Source: Candidatus Latescibacterota bacterium (GTDB lineage: Bacteria > Latescibacterota > UBA2968 > UBA8231). From it: 64,000 nt of DNA. The translations under genes were made by a program, and so were the position numbers. This document shows, piece after piece, positions 9,272 through 20,964 of the stretch; within the stretch, counting starts at the first letter, position 1; each line of letters begins with the position of its first letter. The DNA is taken from the NCBI GenBank assembly GCA_965203355.1, contig OZ241889.1:3264001-3328000 (forward strand), given 5' to 3'. The notes below the pieces were generated by a model. The model saw only the letters and a list, made by a program, of their open reading frames with translations, searched no databases and was not told the DNA's origin.

Positions 9272-10558
9272 ATGCGACAGCGCGCCATTGAACAAGGCAT
9301 CTTGGTCTTTCCCCCGGGCGCGGCAACCAAGGTACAGGTTGCTGGCCGCACCCTCCTCCAGCGCGGGGTTCGCACCTTGGCCCGCGTGGGCATCAAGCGC
9401 GTCTTGGTCGTGCTTCCCCCGGGCCACGTTCCCAGCGACCCCGCCCTAGCCCCGGACCTCGACATCCAAATAGAGCAAACCACCCCGGCAGCCGCCCGCC
9501 TACCCAATGCCCCCTTGCTGCTGCTCAGGGGCGATTGCGTCCACCACCACTCCTCGCTGCAAGCGCTCATCGACGCGGGCCTACAGCGAGACGCCCTCGT
9601 CGCCCAAGCCAGCGAAGGCGTCAGCAGCGGGGCGTTCCTCTGCGCGGCGGGCACACTGACCGCGGACGCGCTGACCGGCGACCTTTGGCGGGCACTCGCA
9701 GCGCGTCCGCAGCGGCGCGAGGACATCGCACCGCATCTGTGGCAACCCGTGACCGACAAGCGCAGTGCCCGCGCCGCTAAGAACATGCTCTTCGACCAAG
9801 TGAGCAAGGCCACCAGCGGCACCGTAGCACGCCTACTCAACGTGCGCATCTCCGTGCCCATCAGCAAGCGCATCGTCGATACCGGCATCTCGCCCAACAT
9901 GGTGACCTTTTTCATGGTCCTGTGTCCGGGCCTAATCGCCGCCTATCTGGCGACGCGGCCGGACGACCCCCTGCGGCTCGTCTGCGCCGGCCTCCTCTGG
10001 CAACTCGCCTCTATCCTCGACGGCTGCGACGGCGAAATAGCCCGCGTCAAGCTGGCCGAGACCCAATTCGGCGCTTGGTTCGACACCATCACCGACAACC
10101 TCGCCTATCTCGTCGGCTACGCCAGCCTGATGGCCGGTATGTGGCACCTTTATCCCGGCAGCTACCTGCCCATCTGCGCCGGGATATCCGCCATCTTCTC
10201 GCTGGTCTTAACCCTAGCCCTGCTCTACCGATATGCCCTAAAAACCGGCACTGGCAGTTTACAGTACTACCTCGGCGACTTGGGCAACAAGGTGCCCGAT
10301 GGCGACAAGGACTGGAGCTATCGGTTCTTAGAGCGCACCGGCTTTGTTGCGAAGCGGGATTTCCTCTCGTTGTTCATTGCCACTGGCTTGGTAGCCAATC
10401 TGTTGGCCGTCGTTTACTGGCTCCTCGTCGTCCTGCTGCACATAGCGGCACTGGGCGTCTTGACCACCCACTATCGACTGGTGGGCCATCAGCGCGCGGC
10501 CGAGCGACCGATGGCCACGCAGCCGGCCCCGGCCGTCAACCGGGAGGAGGACGAGTGA
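9272..10558 (+). CDS. CDP-alcohol phosphatidyltransferase with a degenerate NTP-transferase-like N-terminal domain (IPCT/DIPPS-like)
   Basis: LDGCDGEIAR...GAWFDTITD signature; ISPNMVT. Confidence 0.85.
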   Translation: MRQRAIEQGILVFPPGAATKVQVAGRTLLQRGVRTLARVGIKRVLVVLPPGHVPSDPALAPDLDIQIEQTTPAAARLPNAPLLLLRGDCVHHHSSLQALIDAGLQRDALVAQASEGVSSGAFLCAAGTLTADALTGDLWRALAARPQRREDIAPHLWQPVTDKRSARAAKNMLFDQVSKATSGTVARLLNVRISVPISKRIVDTGISPNMVTFFMVLCPGLIAAYLATRPDDPLRLVCAGLLWQLASILDGCDGEIARVKLAETQFGAWFDTITDNLAYLVGYASLMAGMWHLYPGSYLPICAGISAIFSLVLTLALLYRYALKTGTGSLQYYLGDLGNKVPDGDKDWSYRFLERTGFVAKRDFLSLFIATGLVANLLAVVYWLLVVLLHIAALGVLTTHYRLVGHQRAAERPMATQPAPAVNREEDE

Positions 10559-11586
10559 GAGTCTTGCAAATCTTCATGGTGGCCTTGGGCTTACTGCTGC
10601 TGGGCTATCTCGTCGGCGAGCTCGGGGTTGATGAGGTCCTCCGCCACTTAGATGCGATCAAGTGGACGTTCCCCTTGCTGTTGCTGCCCTCGTGCGCTTG
10701 GCATCTTTCCAATACCATCGCCTGGAACTTCGCCTTTCCGCCCGACGCCTTCAAACCGCGGCTACCCACCCTTTTTGCCGCCAAGCTGGCCGGCGAGGCC
10801 GTCAATCAACTCACGCCGCTGGCCAATCTGGGCGGCGAGCCGATCAAGGCTTATTTGCTCACGCACCGGACGCCCGGCCCACGCGGCATGGCTTCGGTGG
10901 TCGTTGATAAAACCGCGCAAATTGCGGTCGGCCTGTCCTTTACCATTCTCGGGCTGGGGCTGTTGTTTTACTACCACGACGTGTCCGAGCTTATTCCCTT
11001 GGAGTACCGGGCTTTTTTCGCCGGTTTGCTCCTGGTCAGCCTAGCGGCCTTCTGGCTCTTCTACAAGCGTCAAGAGCGCCTGTTCACGTCCCTGCTCAAG
11101 CTGCTCCGCTCGGCCGGCCTGCGCACCGACCTTATCGAGCGCAATATGGGGCGCGCGGCGCGCATCGACACCAACATCGGCTCCTTTTACCGCACCCACC
11201 GCACCCGCTTCCTCCGCGCCTTATTCTTTCAGAGCATCGGCTGGTTTATGGGCACCTGTGAGACCTACGCCATCCTCTGGGCACTAGACGCGGGTGTTGG
11301 CTTTTGGTTTTGTTTTTTGCTCAACGCCTTGGGCGCGGTCATCAACGGCCTGTTCTTCTTCATGCCCTCCAATATCGGGGTCATGGAAGGCAGCCTCGTA
11401 TTTCTATTTTCCAGCTTGGGGTTGGATCCGTCGCTCGGCCTGTCCTTGGGCATTACGCGCCGCATGCGGCGCGTATGTTGGATTTTTGTTGGCTGGACCT
11501 GCCTCAGCTATATGAGTCGCACCGCGATCCAGCACCGTCCCGCAACGGCCTCAACCAAGTTGCAGGAACGAGAAAACCTGCGCTAA
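10555..11586 (+). CDS. Flippase-like / lysylphosphatidylglycerol synthase TM domain protein
   Basis: NQLTP..LGGEPIK and PSNIGVMEG motifs, multiple TM helices; GTG start overlaps the previous stop. Confidence 0.8.
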   Translation: MRVLQIFMVALGLLLLGYLVGELGVDEVLRHLDAIKWTFPLLLLPSCAWHLSNTIAWNFAFPPDAFKPRLPTLFAAKLAGEAVNQLTPLANLGGEPIKAYLLTHRTPGPRGMASVVVDKTAQIAVGLSFTILGLGLLFYYHDVSELIPLEYRAFFAGLLLVSLAAFWLFYKRQERLFTSLLKLLRSAGLRTDLIERNMGRAARIDTNIGSFYRTHRTRFLRALFFQSIGWFMGTCETYAILWALDAGVGFWFCFLLNALGAVINGLFFFMPSNIGVMEGSLVFLFSSLGLDPSLGLSLGITRRMRRVCWIFVGWTCLSYMSRTAIQHRPATASTKLQERENLR

Positions 11587-11608
11587 CGGACCGACCAAAG
11601 GTAGAGCA

Positions 11609-12358
11609 ATGCGCCGCCACCAACTTGCTTGCCTCGTAGGCTACTGCGTCCTATCTTTCTACCCGGCCTCGGCCCAAGACGCGCCGCCGGATCGAGGCGA
11701 GCGCGACATCCCCCCTTACATCGTCCTCGAAGATTTTGCCACCACGCCCCTAGACAGCTTGCCCCGCGACTGGCACTGGCGCCGCAAGGACGACGACAAA
11801 CCCAAGCTCTACGCCGTCCGCGAGACCAACGGTCGTCGCTACCTAGCCGCACAGGACACCGGCCACTCGGTCGTCCTCATGAAGCGATTCCGCTGGGACC
11901 CCCGGCAATACCCGATTATGACTTGGTGCTGGCGCGCCGACGCCCTGCCACGCGGCGGCGACGAGCGCTACACCGAGACCAACGACAGCGCGGCCGGGGT
12001 ACACGTCATCTTTTCGCACAACTTCCTCGGCATTCCGCGACAGATCAAATACGTGTGGAGCACGACCTTAGCCCCGGGTACCTTCGCCCACCGCAAGGGC
12101 ATTGCCCGCCCTTGGGTTGTCGTCTTGGAAAGCGGCGCGGAGAAACTGGGGCAATGGCTCCAAGCGCAAGTCGATTTGGAGCAGGATCACGAGCGTCTTT
12201 TGTCGTCTGAGTTGCCGCAAAAAACCATGGGCATCGCCTTGCTAACCGATGCCAATTCAACGCAGGGGTACGCGGCCGCCGCCTATGCTGACTTCCGGGT
12301 CTGGCCGCGGGCCGCGCTGGCCCACATCCCCCACTACTGCGCCGACCTCGCCCCATGA
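11609..12358 (+). CDS. DUF3047-like secreted protein
   Basis: Signal peptide; YPIMTWCWR, DSAA, KYVWS, IALLTDAN pattern. Confidence 0.7.
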   Translation: MRRHQLACLVGYCVLSFYPASAQDAPPDRGERDIPPYIVLEDFATTPLDSLPRDWHWRRKDDDKPKLYAVRETNGRRYLAAQDTGHSVVLMKRFRWDPRQYPIMTWCWRADALPRGGDERYTETNDSAAGVHVIFSHNFLGIPRQIKYVWSTTLAPGTFAHRKGIARPWVVVLESGAEKLGQWLQAQVDLEQDHERLLSSELPQKTMGIALLTDANSTQGYAAAAYADFRVWPRAALAHIPHYCADLAP

Positions 12359-13476
12359 GGATCTGCATTGACGCGCGATCCCTGCGCGACGTGCCCACCA
12401 GCCTCGGCCGCTACGCCGCCGATCTCGTCAGCCATATCGCCCAATTGGACCGCACAAACGAGTACATCGTCGTCCGGCGGCCCTCGCGGCACGGCCCCAT
12501 CGCCGATCAGGCCAATTTTAGGGAGATTTTCGCCCCACACGACATTGCCTCACCCCACAACATCCTCGCCGGGGCCCGAGTCATCAACGCCCTCGACGCC
12601 GACGTGTACCACGCCCTGTTCCACTTTCTGCCCATCGGCGTACGCGCCCGGCGCGTGGTCATCACCCTGCACGATCTGATCTGGGTCGATCATCCCCACC
12701 TCGCCGATGGCCGACGCTGGCGGCGGTGGGTCAAAGGGTCGCTGGGCCGCTTCGGCATTGGCCGGGCCATGGCAGCCGCCGACCACATAATCGCCGTCTC
12801 CGCCAGTACGCGCCAAGCCGCGATCGACCGCGGCGTCCCCCCCGACAAAGTGACAACCGTTCGCCACGGCGTAGCATCCGCCTGGCACTCGGGCAACTCG
12901 GAGCCAGCCCTGTTTAACACCACCGCTCCAGACCGCATTGACGCGCTTGCAGCGCGGCCGTTTGTCTTTGGCTTGGGCAACAGCTTGCCGTACAAGAACC
13001 TGCCTCGGCTGGTGCACGCCTTTGCCCAAGTCGCCCCGGCCCATCCCGAGCTCGCGCTGGTGTTGGCCGGCCGCGGCGAGGGCCATCCCGCGCTCGTGCG
13101 GCTGGCGCGTCAACTCGGCTTGAGCGACCGGGTGTTCCTCGTCGGCCCGCTCAGCGACGAGCAAATCCGCACCTGTTTTGCCCGCGCCCGCTTTTTCGCC
13201 TTTCCGTCGCTGATAGAAGGATTTGGGCTGCCGGTGCTCGAAGCCATGGCCAGCGGCTGTCCAGTGCTTACGTCGAACCGTTCGTCGCTGGCCGAAATCG
13301 CCGGAGCCGATGCGGTACTCGTGGATCCGCTCGACACCGCGGCCATCGCCGCCGGGATGCAGCGCCTGCTGGCCGATTCCGCGCTCCGCCAACGGCTAGC
13401 TGGCCGAGGACGCCAACGGGCCGCGACCTTCACCTGGGAAGACGCGGCCCAGCAAACCATTCAACTGTACAAGTAA
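12355..13476 (+). CDS. GT4 glycosyltransferase
   Basis: RICIDAR, KNLPRL, FPSLIEGFGLPVLEAMASG. Confidence 0.9.
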   Translation: MRICIDARSLRDVPTSLGRYAADLVSHIAQLDRTNEYIVVRRPSRHGPIADQANFREIFAPHDIASPHNILAGARVINALDADVYHALFHFLPIGVRARRVVITLHDLIWVDHPHLADGRRWRRWVKGSLGRFGIGRAMAAADHIIAVSASTRQAAIDRGVPPDKVTTVRHGVASAWHSGNSEPALFNTTAPDRIDALAARPFVFGLGNSLPYKNLPRLVHAFAQVAPAHPELALVLAGRGEGHPALVRLARQLGLSDRVFLVGPLSDEQIRTCFARARFFAFPSLIEGFGLPVLEAMASGCPVLTSNRSSLAEIAGADAVLVDPLDTAAIAAGMQRLLADSALRQRLAGRGRQRAATFTWEDAAQQTIQLYK

Positions 13477-13663
13477 TTTCGCCGTCGTGCTGCCGCTCCG
13501 CAGGAGAGCGTGGCCCCGGAACACTTGCAAGCGGTCGTTCAAAATAGCATCGGCCAATTTGACCCCTTAATAATAATGCCTATTTATTTTTCTGTCCGCG
13601 CAGACCAAAGCTAAACACGGTCAGCACTGGCGACGCAACTTCGAGTAGAAGGAGAGAACCTCA

Positions 13664-14047
13664 ATGCGACTATTTTTGCTTGTCTCATGCGCTTTAGCCA
13701 ACACCGCATTTGCTCAATTAGACGTAGCCACACATCAGACGACAACGCTACCATCGGACGCACGGTACGAGATTGTACAATCCCAACTGGCAGCGAAATA
13801 TACCTTCCGGTTGGATAGATACACAGGCAAAGTCCATCAGTTGGTCAAGACGGAAAATGACGATTTCGCTTGGGAGGCGATGCTGGTAGAGGGACACGAC
13901 GCATTGTATCCTAAAAGACCCAGATTTGTCATTTTCAGTTCAGGAATTGCCGCACGTTTTACTTTTCTCATGGACTCTGATACAGGACAAACTTGGGTGC
14001 TGGGGGAGTATCTTGAGACGGCTGGATGGTGGAAGTTAAAGAATTAA
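13664..14047 (+). CDS. Hypothetical secreted protein
   Basis: AGGAG RBS, signal peptide, lower GC, two internally similar segments ([10 protein letters not shown] / [10 protein letters not shown]). Confidence 0.7.
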   Translation: MRLFLLVSCALANTAFAQLDVATHQTTTLPSDARYEIVQSQLAAKYTFRLDRYTGKVHQLVKTENDDFAWEAMLVEGHDALYPKRPRFVIFSSGIAARFTFLMDSDTGQTWVLGEYLETAGWWKLKN

Positions 14048-14079
14048 TTTTAAAACTGATACACTATCGAGGACCTTTC

Positions 14080-15635
<1,556 letters not shown>

Positions 15636-15639
<4 letters not shown>

Positions 15640-15872
15640 GCATGACAGTCGCTGAATGGATCGAGTTTCTTGGCAGCTATCCATCTGAGTTGCGTGTCGT
15701 GGTGGACGGCTATGAAGATGGTTACGACGATCTATCGCCCGATCGCATGATCATGGAGCAGATCAGCCTCAATACGGGAACGGAGTCTTGGGAGGGCATG
15801 CACGGCGACCCGAAAGCACCAGACGCGGCCAGAATTGTCGACGCACTGATCTTGCGCCGCGCATCCCATTGA
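15636..15872 (+). CDS. Small acidic hypothetical protein
   Basis: ATGA overlap with the hsdM stop; [20 protein letters not shown]. Confidence 0.7.
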
Positions 15873-15891
15873 GCGCGGTAAGGATTGTTGC

Positions 15892-16308
15892 ATGATTGAC
15901 TATGGGAAGTTTCGGTTGTCGCTCAGACGCTTGGCCGAGCAGCATGACAATTATCGGACGCTGGACGAATCCTTGGACGAACTGATCCGCGAGGGAATCG
16001 CCGAATCCGTTATCCAGCGTTTCGAGACCTGCTATGACTGCTTGTGGAAGGTGTTGAAGAGACATCTTAACGAGGAATTGGGTATCGCCGATCTGCCCAA
16101 CAGCCCCAAACCCGTATTCCGCATCGCGCATGAAAACCTGCCGTTCCCGGCACCGCTGGACCAGTGGCTGGGTTACGCCGAGGCGCGTATAAATACGTCG
16201 CACGATTATGATGGCGAGAAAGCCGAGGCCTGTCTGGAACTCGTGCCCGCTTTCATCGCCGACGCCCGCGATCTCTACGAAACCATGAGCGGTGCAACAT
16301 GGCAGTAG
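15892..16308 (+). CDS. HEPN RNase toxin (HI0074 / nucleotidyltransferase substrate-binding family)
   Basis: IQRFE...WKVLK, SPKPVFR, R-x4-H-x-Y motif RINTSHDY. Confidence 0.88.
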   Translation: MIDYGKFRLSLRRLAEQHDNYRTLDESLDELIREGIAESVIQRFETCYDCLWKVLKRHLNEELGIADLPNSPKPVFRIAHENLPFPAPLDQWLGYAEARINTSHDYDGEKAEACLELVPAFIADARDLYETMSGATWQ

Positions 16309-17855
16309 AGCACGCTATCGACCTGTCGGCTAAACAGCGCGAGACGGTCTTAACACTGTTGCAACGCCATCTGCCCGGAACGGCCGCTTGGGTCTATGGC
16401 TCCCGCGCAAAATGGACATCCCGCCCTCATTCCGATCTGGACTTGGTGGTGTTTGCCACGCCCGGCCAGCAGCGTGCCGTGTCCGATCTCCGGGAAGCGT
16501 TTGAGGAAAGCAACTTGCCGTTTCGGGTGGACTTGTTTGTGTGGGACGAAGTGCCGGAATCGTTTCGCAAGCAGATGGAGCGGGAGCATGTGGTGTTGGT
16601 GGAGGAGGGCTATTCTTCGGCCAAATCTCAGACTGCTTCATTGGACGAAATCGCCAAACTTACTTTGAGCAGCGTGGACAAAAAAACCAAACAAGGAGAA
16701 TTCAACGTACTACTCTGCAATTATATGGACGTTTATTCAAGGCGATTTATTCGAGCCGATATTCCGTTCATGGCAGCGACTGCTACCAAGCGGGAGATTG
16801 AACGTTGTAGATTACAAATCGAAGACGTTGTTATCACTAAAGATTCGGAAAAACACGATGATATTGGAGTGCCCGCACTCATTCGTGAGGATGTCGAAGG
16901 GCTTGTGTGTGGTTATCACCTCGCCATTCTTCGTCCATCAAAAGATAAACTTCATGGTCCTTATCTGTACTACGCACTTCAAACAGAAGAGGCCCGGCAC
17001 CAATTCCACTCATACGCCAACGGTGTAACGCGATTCGGTTTGCGTAGAGACGACATTCTTCGCGTCAAGATTCCGCTCCCTCCCCTCCCCGAACAACGCG
17101 CCATCGCCCACATCCTCGGCACACTCGACGACAAAATTGAACTCAACCGGCGGATGAACGAGACGCTAGAGGCGATGGCCCGCGCCTTGTTCAAATCTTG
17201 GTTCGTCGATTTCGATCCCGTCCGCGCCAAAATGGAAGGCCGCGACACCGGATTGCCCCAAGAAATCGCCGATCTGTTTCCCGACCGGCTGGTGGAATCG
17301 GCGTTGGGGGAGATTCCGGAGGGGTGGACAGTCAGGACGTTAGGCGAACTAATCCAACTCAACTATGGCAAATCACTGAGGAAAGACAAGCGTGTACCCG
17401 GGGATTTTCCGGTTTATGGATCGGGCGGAAGCGAGACCACTCATTCGGAGCCGCTGGTTCGACATCCCACCGTGATTGTTGGCCGAAAGGGAACCATAGG
17501 TAGCGTCTTTTGGGCTCCGCACGGGTGTTGGCCCATTGATACCACTTACTTCGTTACGAGCGAGTTGCCCATGGCGTTTGTCTATCGCCTGTTGCAGCAC
17601 CTACCGTTGACCGACATGAATACTGACGCAGCGGTTCCAGGCCTAAACAGATCCAACACATATCGGCTTGAGGTCCCCTATTCCGACATCAAACTGGTGC
17701 ATACATTCGCAGAGTATTCGGACCGGCTACAGTCTCGAATTGACGCGAGCGGGCGTGAGGCAAAATTGTCGGCATACATCCGCGACACCCTCCTCCCCAA
17801 GCTCATCTCCGGCGAAATCCGCGTCCAGTTCGGTTCCGGTCGAGGAGACACCTGA
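16299..17855 (+). CDS. hsdS: Fusion of MNT antitoxin (about aa 1-103) and type I specificity subunit HsdS
   Basis: GSRAKWTSRPHSDLD (GSx10DxD), LPFRVD; then TRD1, PPLPEQRAIAHIL.TLDDKIE, GEIPEGW, TRD2, RDTLLPKLISGE in one frame. Confidence 0.9.
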   Translation: MAVEHAIDLSAKQRETVLTLLQRHLPGTAAWVYGSRAKWTSRPHSDLDLVVFATPGQQRAVSDLREAFEESNLPFRVDLFVWDEVPESFRKQMEREHVVLVEEGYSSAKSQTASLDEIAKLTLSSVDKKTKQGEFNVLLCNYMDVYSRRFIRADIPFMAATATKREIERCRLQIEDVVITKDSEKHDDIGVPALIREDVEGLVCGYHLAILRPSKDKLHGPYLYYALQTEEARHQFHSYANGVTRFGLRRDDILRVKIPLPPLPEQRAIAHILGTLDDKIELNRRMNETLEAMARALFKSWFVDFDPVRAKMEGRDTGLPQEIADLFPDRLVESALGEIPEGWTVRTLGELIQLNYGKSLRKDKRVPGDFPVYGSGGSETTHSEPLVRHPTVIVGRKGTIGSVFWAPHGCWPIDTTYFVTSELPMAFVYRLLQHLPLTDMNTDAAVPGLNRSNTYRLEVPYSDIKLVHTFAEYSDRLQSRIDASGREAKLSAYIRDTLLPKLISGEIRVQFGSGRGDT

Positions 17856-19594
17856 TGCTCACCAGACTCACCGCGCGCAATTTCAAACGCTTTGCAGAAG
17901 TCGAAGTCGAATTGGGCAACCCGGTCGTGTTCATCGGTCCGAACAACTCAGGCAAGACTTCGGCCATGCAGGCGCTGGCCCTGTGGGACCTCGGCGTAAA
18001 GCGATGGAACGAGAAGCGCGCCGGCAAGAGCGCCCCAGAAAAACGCCCCGGCGTGACAGTCAATCGCCGGGACCTGTTCGCTATCCCCCATCCGAGCGCC
18101 GCACACTTGTGGAACGACTTGCATGTGCGGAATGTTCAGCGAATCAATGGCAAGCAGCAGACGAACAATGTGCGGATCGACCTCATCGTCGAGGGAATCA
18201 ACGAAGGCAAGGCCTGGCAGTGCGGCCTGGAGTTCGACTACGCCAACGAGGAATCGTTCTACTGTCGCCCCTTGCGGCTCGACGAAGGCAAGCCCCGCAA
18301 GAGAATGCCCATCCCGCACGAAGCCGGCTCCGTCCGCGTTGCCTTTCTCCCCCCCATGTCCGGCCTTGCCGCCACCGAAACCCGGCTCGACGGAGGCGCT
18401 CTTAACGTGAGAATTGGCGAAGGCCGCACGGCCGAGGTCCTCCGCAACTTGTGCTTCCGCATCGTGGAAAAGAACCCCGATCAGTGGAACGCATTAGTGG
18501 AGCGGATGGAGTTCCTCTTCGGAGTAGAACTCGACAAACCCCGCTATGTGGAGCAGCGGGGCGAGATCGCGATGGGGTATCGAGAACGCGGCTCGGTCGC
18601 GCTCGACCTCTCGTCGAGCGGGCGCGGATTGCAACAGACGCTGCTGATTCTCGCCTACATGTACGCCAATCCCGGCGCAGTCATCCTGCTCGACGAACCC
18701 GACGCACATCTCGAAATCCTGCGCCAGCGCCAGATCTACAACCTGATAACCGAAGTCGCCAAAGACAGCGGCAATCAGATCATCGCGGCAAGCCATTCGG
18801 AAGTGCTCCTGAACGAGGCCGCCGACAAGGACCTCGTCATCGCCTTCGTCGGCCGTCCGCACCGGATCGGAGACGAACAAAGCCAAGTGCGCAAGGCACT
18901 GGCCGAAATCGGATTCGATCAGTACTACCAAGCCGAACAGACCGGCTGGGTGCTCTACCTCGAAGGCGCGACCGATCTGGCGATCTTGCGGGCCTTCGCC
19001 AGACGCCTCGGCAAGGACGCGGCCTGTCGGGCTTTGGAAAGGCCCTTTGTGCATTATGTCGGGAATCAGCCTGTGGCCGCTGCGCGTCACTTCCACGGCC
19101 TCAGAGAAGCAAGCCGCCATCTCAAGGGCATTGCGCTTTTCGATCACCTAGAAAGCGGCATACCGGACAACCCGTCTTTCCCGCACCTACTCTGGAAACG
19201 GCGAGAGATCGAAAACTATCTGTGTACGGAATCAACGCTCGAAAACTACGTGCGCACCTCCGCGACAGCCGCAGAACCATTGCCTCTGTTCGCGCCGGCG
19301 GAAGTCGAAAGGCGGCTGACCGCCATGCGGGCGGCAATCCGCGAGGTCAGCGAAGCACTGGACAGATTGGGCAAGGGGTCGCCTTGGGACGCTGGCTTTA
19401 AGGCGAGCGATGAATTCCTGAAGCCGCTTTTTCGGTCCTACTTCCTGAAGCTCGGCATACCCAATCTCATGGCGAAGAAGCATTTCCACGAACTGGCCGA
19501 CTGCGTCCCAGCCAGCGAGATCGACCCCGAAATTGGCGAGAAACTGGACGCCATTGCTGCCGTCGCCGAGCGGGCCGCGCCGTTTGCACCGTGA
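17855..19594 (+). CDS. ABC-ATPase plus TOPRIM nuclease (OLD-like)
   Basis: Walker A GPNNSGKT, SSGRG, LLDEPDAHL, H-loop ASHS; TOPRIM LYLEGATD, LFD, REIENYL. Confidence 0.85.
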   Translation: MLTRLTARNFKRFAEVEVELGNPVVFIGPNNSGKTSAMQALALWDLGVKRWNEKRAGKSAPEKRPGVTVNRRDLFAIPHPSAAHLWNDLHVRNVQRINGKQQTNNVRIDLIVEGINEGKAWQCGLEFDYANEESFYCRPLRLDEGKPRKRMPIPHEAGSVRVAFLPPMSGLAATETRLDGGALNVRIGEGRTAEVLRNLCFRIVEKNPDQWNALVERMEFLFGVELDKPRYVEQRGEIAMGYRERGSVALDLSSSGRGLQQTLLILAYMYANPGAVILLDEPDAHLEILRQRQIYNLITEVAKDSGNQIIAASHSEVLLNEAADKDLVIAFVGRPHRIGDEQSQVRKALAEIGFDQYYQAEQTGWVLYLEGATDLAILRAFARRLGKDAACRALERPFVHYVGNQPVAAARHFHGLREASRHLKGIALFDHLESGIPDNPSFPHLLWKRREIENYLCTESTLENYVRTSATAAEPLPLFAPAEVERRLTAMRAAIREVSEALDRLGKGSPWDAGFKASDEFLKPLFRSYFLKLGIPNLMAKKHFHELADCVPASEIDPEIGEKLDAIAAVAERAAPFAP

Positions 19595-19691
19595 CCCGCT
19601 TTAGCGAATCAACCCTCGGCAGGCACACCCCCCCGGACACGCCGGGCGCGAGGCGACGTGTGCGACCTTTTGAAACGTACGGAGGCATAAG

Positions 19692-20963
19692 ATGAACAAG
19701 ACATCTCCGCCCAGTACTGCGCCATCGCGCATCGAACGCCTCAAGGTGAGGAATTTCCGCGCACTGCGCGAGGTCGAGCTAAAAAACCTGACGCCGCTTA
19801 CCGTGCTGCTCGGTCCAAACGGCAGCGGAAAATCCACAGTGTTCGACGTGTTCGCCTTTCTCGCCGAATGCTTCGAGAGCGGTTTGCGCCGGGCCTGGGA
19901 AAAACGCGGGCGGGCGCGGGAGTTGAAATCGCGCGGCGGAGCGGGACCCATCCTGATCGAGCTCGCCTACCGCGAACAAGAGAACAAGCCCCTGATCACC
20001 TATCACCTCGAATTGGACGAGAGAAACGGGCGACCCGTTGTCGTGCGGGAATGGCTCCAATGGAGGCGAGGGAGCTATGGAGCACCCTTCCGCTTTCTCG
20101 ACTACGCCAATGGCACCGGGCGCGTCGTTTCGGGCGAACTGCCGGACGCGCAGGACAAGCGAATTGACGTTCCCTTGAGTTCTTCCGACACGCTCGCAGT
20201 CAACGCGCTCGGCCAGTTGGCCGAGAATCCCCGCGTCGTCGCCCTGCGCAATTTCATCATGGGCTGGCATGTGTCCTATCTCTCTTCCGAGGATGCGAGG
20301 GGACAGCCCGAAGTAGGGCCGCAGGAACGCCTGAGCAAGACCGGCGACAACCTCGCCAACGTGATCCAGCACCTGTCCGAAGAGCATCCCGAACGCCTGC
20401 AATCCATTTTCGGCCAGCTCCGGGAAAGGGTTCCCAAGATCGAGAAAGTGACGGCGGATCCAATGCCGGACGGCAGGCTGCTGCTGCAAATCAAGGACGC
20501 CCCGTTTGCCAAGCCGGTCATGGCCCGTTTCGCATCCGACGGTACGATCAAGATGCTCGCCTATCTGACCTTGCTGCACGACCCGGTTCCGCCTCCGTTT
20601 ATCGGCATTGAGGAGCCGGAAAACTTCCTGCATCCTCGCCTGCTGTACGGGCTGGCCGAGGAATGCCGAGAGGCGACCGGGGCCACGCAAATCCTCGTAA
20701 CCACGCATTCGCCGTTCTTCCTCAACGCGCTGCGGCCCCGTGAAGTGCGGGTACTGTGGCGCGACGAATTCGGCTACACCCGGTGTCACTCGCTGGATCA
20801 AAACGAAAAGGTCAAGGCGTTCATGGACGCCGGTGCTCAACTGGGCGACCTCTGGATGGAGGGGCATTTTGAGGTGGGAGACCCGCTGACTGCCGGCGGC
20901 ATGCCAATAGAGGTGCAGGGCACGGGTGCCATAACGGCGGCGCGAGAAGAAAGCGGTACCTGA
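19692..20963 (+). CDS. AAA_21 ABC-type ATPase (defence-associated)
   Basis: [12 protein letters not shown] signature, [15 protein letters not shown]. Confidence 0.9.
   Translation: MNKTSPPSTAPSRIERLKVRNFRALREVELKNLTPLTVLLGPNGSGKSTVFDVFAFLAECFESGLRRAWEKRGRARELKSRGGAGPILIELAYREQENKPLITYHLELDERNGRPVVVREWLQWRRGSYGAPFRFLDYANGTGRVVSGELPDAQDKRIDVPLSSSDTLAVNALGQLAENPRVVALRNFIMGWHVSYLSSEDARGQPEVGPQERLSKTGDNLANVIQHLSEEHPERLQSIFGQLRERVPKIEKVTADPMPDGRLLLQIKDAPFAKPVMARFASDGTIKMLAYLTLLHDPVPPPFIGIEEPENFLHPRLLYGLAEECREATGATQILVTTHSPFFLNALRPREVRVLWRDEFGYTRCHSLDQNEKVKAFMDAGAQLGDLWMEGHFEVGDPLTAGGMPIEVQGTGAITAAREESGT
19726..19801 (+). repeat. 76-bp segment duplicated at 21035-21110
   Basis: cgcgcatcgaacgcctcaaggtg...gacgccgcttac; 2 mismatches between copies. 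Confidence 0.9.
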
Positions 20964-20964
20964 T

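Noticed and set aside
9922-10554. N-terminal extensions of ORFs at 9922, 22880, 32927 and 56934
   Set aside because: They overlap upstream genes; better starts with RBS or stop-start coupling exist downstream
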